Source: a virus
DNA: 28,645 nt
Direction: 5' to 3' (one strand)
IMG/VR virus record: IMGVR_UViG_3300045988_157232
Coordinates: 1-28,645 of that record
Shown: positions 7,517 through 16,300 of the stretch, in pieces
How positions within the stretch are numbered: position 1 is the stretch's first letter
Layout: each line of letters starts with the position of its first letter
Translations under genes and position numbers: made by a program
Notes under the pieces: generated by a model
What the model saw: only the letters and a program-made list of their open reading frames with translations
What the model was told of the DNA's origin: nothing
Databases searched by the model: none

Positions 7517-8341
7517 ATGGCAATCAATTATGCTGAAAAGTATTCGCCTATTGTGGCGGAAGCATTCAAACTTCAATCTAAAACTGCGGACTTCGTAAAC
7601 GGTAAATACGACTTTATCGGTGTCAAAACCGTTGCAGTGTATCAAGGACAGACCGTTGCGCTCGGCGATTATACTATCGCTGGTAGCGACCGTTTCGGCG
7701 CACTTTCCGAACTCGAACTTCCGAAACAGGAAATGACTTTGTCGCAGGACAAAGCATTTACGTTCGTTATCGACCGTATGAATTACGAGGGAACGAACTT
7801 TGCAAACGAAGTCGGCGCAAGACTTAAAGACGAAATCGACCAAGTCATCATCCCCGAACTCGACAGTTATCGTATCAAAGCAATGGCGGGCGCAACGGGT
7901 GTTTCGGCAGGTACTGCGACGGCGCCTACGAAAGAAAACGCTTACTCGCTGTTCCTTGACGCATCGGCGACTTTGGACGAAAACAAAGTGCCGTCGGTTG
8001 GTAGGGTTGCGTTCGTAACACCTGCTTACTTGAAACTTCTCAAACAAGACAGCGCATTCGTACTCCAAAGCGACAGAACGCAGGAAATGCTCGTTAAAGG
8101 CATTATGGGCGAAGTGGACGGTGTTCAGGTGCGTATGCTTCCCGCGTCGTACTTCCCTGCTGACACTTACCTTGTAATGTGCCACAAAGACGCTGTTGTT
8201 GCGCCTGTCAAACTCACGACTTACAGAGTGTTGACCGACGTTCAGGGCATTGACGGCGCGGTTGCAGAGGGACGTATCGTTCACGACTGTTTCGTTTTGT
8301 CGAACCGTGCAAAAGCGATTTACGTTCAGAAATCGAAATAA
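7517..8341 (+). CDS. Major capsid protein
   Basis: 274-aa ORF after the scaffold gene, with a strong SD (aaaaaggag), followed by a hairpin terminator. The call rests on position and size. Confidence 0.8.
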   Translation: MAINYAEKYSPIVAEAFKLQSKTADFVNGKYDFIGVKTVAVYQGQTVALGDYTIAGSDRFGALSELELPKQEMTLSQDKAFTFVIDRMNYEGTNFANEVGARLKDEIDQVIIPELDSYRIKAMAGATGVSAGTATAPTKENAYSLFLDASATLDENKVPSVGRVAFVTPAYLKLLKQDSAFVLQSDRTQEMLVKGIMGEVDGVQVRMLPASYFPADTYLVMCHKDAVVAPVKLTTYRVLTDVQGIDGAVAEGRIVHDCFVLSNRAKAIYVQKSK

Positions 8342-8345
8342 TAAA

Positions 8346-8367
8346 AAGGCGGCGTAAAAACCGCCTT
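8346..8367 (+). terminator. Hairpin after the capsid gene (partial or bidirectional terminator)
   Basis: aaggcgg (8346-8352) pairs with ccgcctt (8361-8367) around an 8-nt loop. An A-run lies upstream, but only a short T/A-rich tail lies downstream. Confidence 0.5.
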
Positions 8368-8425
8368 ATATGCAAGTAAGAGATAAACGAGGTGCAACTC
8401 CCCGAACTTGCGAAACGAGGTAATT

Positions 8426-8818
8426 ATGACATATCAAGACTTTTTAGACCGTTATCAAAGCGAATTTGGCGAGAACCTTGCCACGTTGTTGGAAACTTTC
8501 CCGCAATATCAAATAAGCGGACAAGGTGCTTATAATCGTATTCATCGTCAAATTGAAGACTACATTATAAGCAAGAACAGTGCTTATGATTTTGACACTT
8601 GTAAAGATTATCAAAAACAAGCCGTGTTGGATGCGGAAATTTATCAAGCGTTTTATGTATTCCATAGCGTGGATTTTTCGACTTTAAGCGGCTATGACAC
8701 GGCAACGGGCGCGTTGGTTGATAAAAAGACCATAATGAAAAGGGAATTGTGCGAACAGTCGATTAAGATTTTGAAAAACGCACGATTGCTTTATAGAATT
8801 TACGGGGTGCCGCAATGA
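8426..8818 (+). CDS. Putative head-tail connector / DNA-packaging adaptor protein
   Basis: ATG 8426 with gaggt upstream; the track ORF begins at a TTG at 8408. It is the first gene after the capsid gene. Confidence 0.4.
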   Translation: MTYQDFLDRYQSEFGENLATLLETFPQYQISGQGAYNRIHRQIEDYIISKNSAYDFDTCKDYQKQAVLDAEIYQAFYVFHSVDFSTLSGYDTATGALVDKKTIMKRELCEQSIKILKNARLLYRIYGVPQ

Positions 8819-9114
8819 TTATAGCAAAATGGCGAAAAGGGACTTATAACAAAGACAAAACGGGAACGGAAGTTGCCGATAAGTCTATTCGGGTGATTGA
8901 AACGGGCGCAACTCGTTTTGACGCGAACCCGACGGACGGAGTAACGTCGCACGACTGGACGTTGGTTTTGGAAAGCGACACGCCGAGCGCAAGAGAAATA
9001 CAAGCGGGCGATATGGTTATCTATAATAAACATAGGTACACGGTGCAGAACACGGCAACGAAACGGACGAGAACGGCGTACAACGGCTTTTTAACGGTGC
9101 TTTATCTAAAATGA
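8815..9114 (+). CDS. Putative head-closure / head-tail joining protein
   Basis: 99 aa with an ATGA-type overlap. Size, position and the ...GDMVIYNKHRYTVQN... pattern are typical of head-tail joining proteins. Confidence 0.45.
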   Translation: MIIAKWRKGTYNKDKTGTEVADKSIRVIETGATRFDANPTDGVTSHDWTLVLESDTPSAREIQAGDMVIYNKHRYTVQNTATKRTRTAYNGFLTVLYLK

Positions 9115-9497
9115 ACAATCGAGATATTATGGCGTACAACGTGCTTGTAATGGCGTTAAAATCGGTGTGTCCGTATAGAACGGGAAACCTTGAACGAAAC
9201 GGCATACGAGTTAAAATAAGTAACGGCAGTATGTGCGTCGAAATCGGACACGACACAAGCAAGGTTTTGGGCGAATATGCGGTTTACACAAACGAGCCGT
9301 GGATAAGCCCGAAATGGGGCGGGAAACAAAATCCAAATCAAGGTTGGATAGAGCGAGGCATAGAAAAGGCTTTGCCGCTTATAAGGCAAGTGTATTCGGG
9401 AATGACGATAGACGATTTTAATGACCTTATGGACGATTTACAGAAACAAACGGCAACGAGGCAAGCGGAGATAAGGAGAAAGCGGAAGAATGTTTGA
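9111..9497 (+). CDS. Putative neck / tail-completion protein (HK97 gp10-like)
   Basis: 128 aa with an ATGA overlap. The motif CPYRTGNLERNGI resembles the P.dTG.L motif of gp10-like proteins. Confidence 0.45.
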   Translation: MNNRDIMAYNVLVMALKSVCPYRTGNLERNGIRVKISNGSMCVEIGHDTSKVLGEYAVYTNEPWISPKWGGKQNPNQGWIERGIEKALPLIRQVYSGMTIDDFNDLMDDLQKQTATRQAEIRRKRKNV

Positions 9498-10344
9498 AAA
9501 TTTATTTTTACAGTTTTTACAAAAAGAGTTTGCCGACAGTTTATCGAGCAAAATCAATATATCTACTGATTTAAGCGTTGTTTACGAACAGGAAGTAGAT
9601 GCGGCGCAAGACTTATATTTCGAGCCGTTCAAGAAAAACCCGAAAGCGGTTGTTATCATCTTATCCGTAACGAACGCAACGCCGACGAACATTCCGAAAG
9701 TGTCGTTCACGACAGAGCAGTTGTCGATTAAAATACTTTGCGACGAGAACCGCAAGGCTGACATCTATAAAGCGATTGACGACTTTACAGATAAGTACAA
9801 CGCCGAATATGCGGTGCTTGCGGGCGACGAAAAGTCTTACAATATGCAGTTGAATATCAACAAGCCGTTTGTGGCGGGAATGTACGATATTCCGACGGAA
9901 AGCATAGACGACGACGGATATTCCGAAACATACGGGTATTTGACCATACAATGGTTTATAACGGCGATTTACAGCGACAATGTTAAACTCGGAACGGACA
10001 CGCTGAAACTGAAAGTTGACACGACCGAATACGAAATAAAAGGACTGTTCAGATATAACTTTTCGGAAAACCCGAACTCCGTTGTTTTTCAACAGGAAGG
10101 TCATATCAGGGCAACGAGAGAAAACGCTGTTTTGACTACGACTTACATTTTGAATATTCAAGCAACAGAAAATGACACTTTGGCGGAGTTGTTAGATAGG
10201 TCTTTTAACGGCAAAGCGGGTAGTATTTACAACAAAACGCTGTCTTTGATTATAGACGGCGAAACGGTCGAAATGACCGACTATACGCTTGAAAAAGCGT
10301 ACGAAAACGGCGTTAAGTCGTACACTTTGACTTTGATAAGATGA
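9490..10344 (+). CDS. Putative tail structural protein (tube or adaptor)
   Basis: 284-aa ORF overlapping its neighbours. The call rests on position in the tail module only. Confidence 0.4.
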   Translation: MFENLFLQFLQKEFADSLSSKINISTDLSVVYEQEVDAAQDLYFEPFKKNPKAVVIILSVTNATPTNIPKVSFTTEQLSIKILCDENRKADIYKAIDDFTDKYNAEYAVLAGDEKSYNMQLNINKPFVAGMYDIPTESIDDDGYSETYGYLTIQWFITAIYSDNVKLGTDTLKLKVDTTEYEIKGLFRYNFSENPNSVVFQQEGHIRATRENAVLTTTYILNIQATENDTLAELLDRSFNGKAGSIYNKTLSLIIDGETVEMTDYTLEKAYENGVKSYTLTLIR

Positions 10345-10772
10345 GTAAAGATTATCACATTTACATCGACCATAATATCGAAACTTCTGACGAGCAAACG
10401 GGCGGTCAAATTGCGGGTAGCACATCGCCCGAAAAAACCGCGAAGAAACAACAAGAAGAAGCGAAGTCGGGAAGTAGCGCGGCGAAACTTGTCGGCGTGT
10501 ATATCGGCAAACAAGCGTTTCAATGGGCAACTTCTAATTACGGCAATCTAACAGGCGATTATGTCGGGCAAGCGTGGATAAATGAGAGCATAGAACTTAC
10601 GGGGCTTATCGGCGGTATTCTTGTCAAGCCGTTAACGGGCGGAATTATAGCGGGCGTTGTCATCGCGAAAAAAGCGGTTGATAACTATATCGAGCGAACG
10701 AAAGCAAATCAAGAAGCGCAGGTGTTGCGCGAAAGAGTAGGCGGTATTTTAAGCAGCGGGGGCAGGAGATGA
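10341..10772 (+). CDS. Small Gly-rich hydrophobic virion protein (possible internal / ejection protein or a very short tape-measure analogue)
   Basis: 143 aa with an ATGA overlap. The N-terminus is charged. The segment LTGLIGGILVKPLTGGIIAGVVIA is TM-like, and the C-terminus ends SSGGRR. Confidence 0.35.
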   Translation: MSKDYHIYIDHNIETSDEQTGGQIAGSTSPEKTAKKQQEEAKSGSSAAKLVGVYIGKQAFQWATSNYGNLTGDYVGQAWINESIELTGLIGGILVKPLTGGIIAGVVIAKKAVDNYIERTKANQEAQVLRERVGGILSSGGRR

Positions 10773-13366
10773 AACTCAAACTCTGGACACATCAAATATT
10801 AAAGACTTTTGAACCGCTGGCTGGCGGAACTATGACGTGGATAGCCGATGACACTTTGGACAGTGCGACGGTTAGAATTGTTACGGACACAAGCGAACCG
10901 TATGAAAACACGGCGATTGCGACGCTTGTTTTTGAGAAAGGCGACGGAACGGAAATTGATAGCGTTAAAATGCTTGTCGGTGCGGATACGGTTGAGCCTT
11001 ACGCAAAGGCGGCGGGCAAGTTTGTTCATACGTTGTCTTTGGTTGAATTGACGAAAATACTTGAAAAGTTTACAAATTTACATTATGTATCAACGGCGAG
11101 AACGACGTTAGCAACGCAAGTTAGTACGGCGATTGAAAACTTGGACACGCTTATTTACGGCAAATATATTGACCATGACGTTACGGGCGAACCGAATTAC
11201 TTTTTCAAACTGGTTGCGGACGACAATTTAGTTGCGATGCTTGCAAATCAGCAATCGGAAGATTATGTAAACGAAAACGCAACGGCAAGGGAAATCTTCG
11301 ATGACCTTTTTTCAACGATAAACGCAAGAGTAGTCGTTACGGACATTACGAATGATTATATCATCAAAGTTGGCGCAATCGAACTTAACAAGACGACCGA
11401 CAAAACGGAAGTTGCAAATAAACTTGGAACTTTTTGGCAAAACAACATAGATAACTTTTGCGGGAAAATCGTATCGAAAGTGAACAACGCAACGCCGCAG
11501 TCTTTGGTTTACACAATAGACAGTTTTAAGTCCACACTGAATACGGCGACAACGAACGATAAAGTTATATCAACACCGTTTGCGGTTGAGTATTTTAAGT
11601 CCTTTGCGCTTGCATACAAAGACGAAATGTTGCTTGAAGTTACTTATACGCAAGGCGGCGAGGAAAAGAATAAACAAATAACAATCAACTATCCGATTGA
11701 TTTAATTGACAGTAAAGATTTTAACGGGAACTCGGAAGATTTACTCGTTGACAAAGAATTTTGGGACACTTTGCCCGCGAACACTCCGACAATGACGAAC
11801 TACGTCAAAGACAACACGCTGTATTATGAGCAAGGCGCGGACACGGTAGACGTTTCAAGGACGTTCAAAGATATCGTGTTCACGACTAATGTTTTTGATA
11901 CGACGGCTGAAAAAGCGATATTCAGGTATATCGACCGAAACAGAGTAAGTCTTTTAGGCGGGGCGGATTGTCAAATCACAGGGTTTACAACCGTAATAGC
12001 GAGTTCACATCCGTTCGCGGTTGACAAGTGGATTTTTTTCGCGTCATACGCTCCGTTTTTGGACGGGGTGGTGTTGGAAGCGACCAAAAGCACAAAGCAA
12101 GTTGATTATAATGTTTCGTTGTTGTCAATAAACGACGGGCAGTCTGACAACGTTATTGATTTAACACGATACGGGCGCAATTTGGTAGGCAAGGCGCAAA
12201 GAATAGGAAACGACGAACTTTCTATCGACACGAATGTTTACGGGTTTGAGAACGTTTTTGAGCCTTTGGATAAAGTGGACGATTATGTTGTTTACAAAAC
12301 GGAAATGCAAATAATGAGTAAAGCAAATCCGACCGCCGCCGAAGATAAGAACTGGTATAAGGTACGGTATTCGTTGACAAAAGGCTTTAACAATCTTGCG
12401 GAAAAAATCGGGCTTGCGCGCGAAAAGAGAATATATCAAATACCGCTTACGGGCTATCGTTCGACATTGCCGATAAGACAGCGCATAGCGTTCAATAATA
12501 GAAATTTTATATATTTGTCGAACACAACGGAAGTTACCGACAGAAACTTTTTAAGCGCATATTTAATTCAAAGACTTGTAAACACAAAACCGTCGGGAAT
12601 GACGGAGTTAATGCTTATGAAAGTAACGGCGTCGGGAAAGACGTTTGTGTTGCCGATTGTTGGGTTTGGTGCGGGAAACACGATAAACTTTATCGCAAGG
12701 TTTTACGACAATTACAGCGCGGGGCTATCGTTCGTCGCAAAAAGAAATGTTTTCAAGTGGGTAGGCGGCAACAAGGCTTGCCAAAATCCGTATGTTAACA
12801 GCAACGGTGTGTGTTTAGGGTTTTTCGATATTGCGGTTGGGAACACGGCAGGGTTTAATTTTGAAAGCATTAAAGAACGCCCTGTTTTGGGAAGCAGTGA
12901 TACATTTATCGGAATAAGCAACGATAATTTGTCTTACACGAAAGACCGTGCAGAAAGTATCACATTGCAGAAAATTTATAGTTTTGTGCAAGACACGAAA
13001 AAATTTACAAGTATAGGCAAATTGAGAATTGGCGACGCGTTGATTAAAGATAACTATGCTTTTGAATTTGGAATACGTCCGAAACTGAAACTGTACAAAG
13101 ATTGCGCGGCGAAATACTTTGACGGAAATATACAAGTGTTTAATGCGAGCGACGGAACGCTTGTGGGCGAAACGCAGGACTTTTTAGAAGTCAAATACTG
13201 GGCAGAAAAAACGGCGTTTTTAGTTGTAAAAAACGACAATACGGAGTATAATAATTGTATAATCGCAGACGATAACGGAAACATTTATTTGGCGGTCGAG
13301 AAATTAAGCAGAACAAGCAGCACAGTCTTGCCGCAATATAATTGTGTAGTACTGTATGACGAATAA
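10769..13366 (+). CDS. Large tail / baseplate (nozzle or Tal-like) structural protein
   Basis: 865-aa ORF with an ATGA overlap, lying between the small tail proteins and the fibre gene. Confidence 0.5.
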   Translation: MKLKLWTHQILKTFEPLAGGTMTWIADDTLDSATVRIVTDTSEPYENTAIATLVFEKGDGTEIDSVKMLVGADTVEPYAKAAGKFVHTLSLVELTKILEKFTNLHYVSTARTTLATQVSTAIENLDTLIYGKYIDHDVTGEPNYFFKLVADDNLVAMLANQQSEDYVNENATAREIFDDLFSTINARVVVTDITNDYIIKVGAIELNKTTDKTEVANKLGTFWQNNIDNFCGKIVSKVNNATPQSLVYTIDSFKSTLNTATTNDKVISTPFAVEYFKSFALAYKDEMLLEVTYTQGGEEKNKQITINYPIDLIDSKDFNGNSEDLLVDKEFWDTLPANTPTMTNYVKDNTLYYEQGADTVDVSRTFKDIVFTTNVFDTTAEKAIFRYIDRNRVSLLGGADCQITGFTTVIASSHPFAVDKWIFFASYAPFLDGVVLEATKSTKQVDYNVSLLSINDGQSDNVIDLTRYGRNLVGKAQRIGNDELSIDTNVYGFENVFEPLDKVDDYVVYKTEMQIMSKANPTAAEDKNWYKVRYSLTKGFNNLAEKIGLAREKRIYQIPLTGYRSTLPIRQRIAFNNRNFIYLSNTTEVTDRNFLSAYLIQRLVNTKPSGMTELMLMKVTASGKTFVLPIVGFGAGNTINFIARFYDNYSAGLSFVAKRNVFKWVGGNKACQNPYVNSNGVCLGFFDIAVGNTAGFNFESIKERPVLGSSDTFIGISNDNLSYTKDRAESITLQKIYSFVQDTKKFTSIGKLRIGDALIKDNYAFEFGIRPKLKLYKDCAAKYFDGNIQVFNASDGTLVGETQDFLEVKYWAEKTAFLVVKNDNTEYNNCIIADDNGNIYLAVEKLSRTSSTVLPQYNCVVLYDE
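13224..13252 (+). promoter_or_regulatory. Possible internal promoter upstream of the fibre gene (TTGTAA-17-TATAAT)
   Basis: ttgtaa at 13224-13229, a 17-nt spacer, and tataat at 13247-13252, all inside the 3' end of 10769-13366. The -35 matches only 4 of 6 positions. Confidence 0.25.
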
Positions 13367-13389
13367 TAAAACAAGGAGCAAAAAAGCGT

Positions 13390-16300
13390 ATGAAAGTTTA
13401 CTTGAACAAAGAATACAAATGCGTTAAAGTGGAAGATAATACTTTCGTTGCGAATGATAGTAGCAATTACATAAGATATTATTTTGTAACGAACGCAAAC
13501 GGCGATGTTATCGACAAAATGGACGACAATTCCGTCATCTATCGCAACACCGAGCCGAGTTATGTTACGGTGGCGTTTAGGCGTGCAGACGGCGACGTTA
13601 TCCAGCACCTTATGGCAAGTCCGAAAACCGATGCGACGGGAAAAAGTTTCTTTGAGTACGAAATCACGAACACGGACGGCGTTTTGTACAAAAAAGGTGC
13701 GTTGGAAATTTCCGCACAATTTATCGAAGCGACTTTATCGGAAGCGGGCGGTGTGAAAAAGGTTATCAGCCAAAAGGTCAAAGCGATTGCTATAAACACG
13801 GCTCACGTTTTGGACAATATCGGCGAAGAAGCGGAAGAATACTATTCGCAATACGAGCAAGCAAACAACGACGCTCACGCCGTTTTGCAAGCGCAAATAA
13901 CGACGAACTTTAATAATATCGGCACTTTGCAAGAACTTACGACCGACGCAAAGGACGACCTTGTTAAGGCGATAAACGAAGTTGATGCACACGCCGATGC
14001 GAACAAGTCAGAGATAGGTAACCTTTCCACGCTTACCACTGACGAAAAGACCACTATCGTGGGTGCAATCAACGAAGTGGACGAACACGCCAACACCGCA
14101 CAGCAAACGGCTGACAACGCCACTGTTTTGGCGAACACGGGCATCTCCAAAGCTGAACAAGCGCAAGCAACGGCTAACAATGCAGTCGCTACGGCAAACG
14201 AAGCAAAGACCACTGCGCAGACCGCCGAGAATAACGCGAATAATGCAGTAGATACTGCAAACGCCGCAAATACGACCGCAGACGAAGCAAAGGCAATCGC
14301 GCAAGGAAGTCAGCGGGCAATAGGTTTTGCGACCTTACAAGCGGCAATAACGGCGTTAAATGGGTATAGTAACACGCAACTCAAAGTGGGCGATAATGTC
14401 TATATTGTGGAAACGGGAGTGCCTGATTTATGGGTGGCGGCGGTTGAGCAAAACAGTGTGGCTTACAACTACACGACGAACGACGCGTTCAACGATGACC
14501 TTGTGGAAAATACCCTTGTACAAGTCGGGTATTACAAGTTTGCGTATCTCGAAAGCGACGGAAAACCCTGTACGGTTGCGTGGCAGAATATGACTGTTGC
14601 GGCGAGCGATTGGGTTGCGAGTACGGAGTTTGAAGATTTTGCGTATGAAGCGAAGATTATTCTTTCGGACTTTGTAAACTTTTCGTCTATTCCGCAAGTG
14701 GTGTTCGGACTGACCGAAGCGACGAGTGGCAATTATGCGCCGATATGTAAAGCGGGCGACAAAGGGGTTTACATTTACAGCAAAGTCAATACTGCTATCA
14801 CGCTCCCGACAGTCGTTACTTTTGCGCCGAATGTACACGGGGCGAGTATGCAAGGCGGCGGCTACACGAACAAAGGCAAATGGGTTGCAAGCACGACCTA
14901 TGAAATCGACGACCTTGTTTACACCGACAACGGACAGTATGTGTGTATCGAGGGTATCACTTCGACGACTTCTCCTGAACAAGACGCTACGCATTGGCAA
15001 GCGACTTTTGTTGCGACGGGAAAGACGAAAAATACGCTTACAATCAGCGGACAAGACAACGGAACGGGAGTACAAAAGACTTTTGATGGCTCTACGGCGG
15101 TGGAAATAGCGTTCGACGAAACTACGATGACCGCGAAAGAGGTCGATGGTGTTTTGAAAGTTGGAGCGAAAGGAACTATCCCCGAAGCGTTACCGCAGGA
15201 AGCGAGTGCTGTCAAGAGCGGAAGTTTACCGACGAGTGGATGGAGTACGCTCGACGAAGGGTGGAAACAAAATACTTTGCCCGCAGGGAGTAAATGGACA
15301 AGCGTAACCTACGGCGACGGTAAATATGTCGCAGTTGCGGAGAGTAGTTCTGCTGGCGCATACTCAACAGATGGTATTACTTGGACGACAATGAGTATGC
15401 CTGCGAGTAAAAGTTGGTACGATGTAACTTATGGTGACGGAAAATTTGTTGCAGTGGCGTTTATCAGCGGAGCATATTCAACGGACGGTATCACTTGGAC
15501 GGAAACGACTTTGCCTGGAACTATGGAATGGCAAAGTGTAACTTACGGCGGCGGTAAATTTGTAGCAGTAACAAGCAGTAGTCAGAACAGTGCTTATTCA
15601 ACCGACGGCATAAATTGGACGACAATGAGTATGCCTAGAAGAAATTGGCGAAGTGTAACTTATGGCGATGGTAAGTTCGTGGCGGTAGCAGATGGTAGTT
15701 CATACAGCGCATACTCTACTGATGGTATAAACTGGACGGAAAAGAGTATGCCCGCAAGTCGTGCTTGGAGAAGTGTAACTTACGGTAATGGTAAGTTCGT
15801 CGCTGTCGCAAACGGAACAAATTTCGGTGCTTATTCAACGGATGGCATAGGTTGGACTGGAATGACGTTGCCTGCAAGCCGCAGTTGGAAAAGTATAACC
15901 TATGGCAATGGCAAATTTGTTGCGGTTGCAATTGATAGCAATAAAGGTGCATACTCTACTGATGGTATAAACTGGACGGAGTTTACATTGCCTGCAAGTA
16001 GTAGTTGGCGAAGCGTAACTTACGGGGACGGAAAGTTTGTAGCAGTTGCAGCTAATACTGCAAACGGTGTGTATCAAAACACGAGTAGCAAATCTACCTA
16101 CTCCATCACCGACACTTCCATAACCGCCAACAGCGATATCCTTATGGAACTCACAGACGACGGTGGTGTAAAGTCCTATTCAATGGAAGCAGGCAAGATA
16201 ACTGTTATCCGCGACACCGTACCGACCGCGGCTATCCCTTACACCTACAAGGTCAAGCAGACGAACGCAAGCGGGCAGTTTACTTTGGTAAACCACTTTG

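Noticed and set aside
7361-8284. 307-aa ORF on the minus strand
   Set aside because: It is fully antisense to the well-supported major capsid gene and the end of the scaffold gene. It has no SD or promoter, and its Arg/Cys/Ser/Phe/Val-rich composition is what the reverse complement of purine-rich coding sequence produces.
8368-8400. tatatg...taagaga resembling the shared -10/start context of the strong promoters, downstream of the capsid terminator
   Set aside because: No acceptable -35 element lies at 16-18 nt; that region is occupied by the GC-rich terminator stem. The -10 is also weak.
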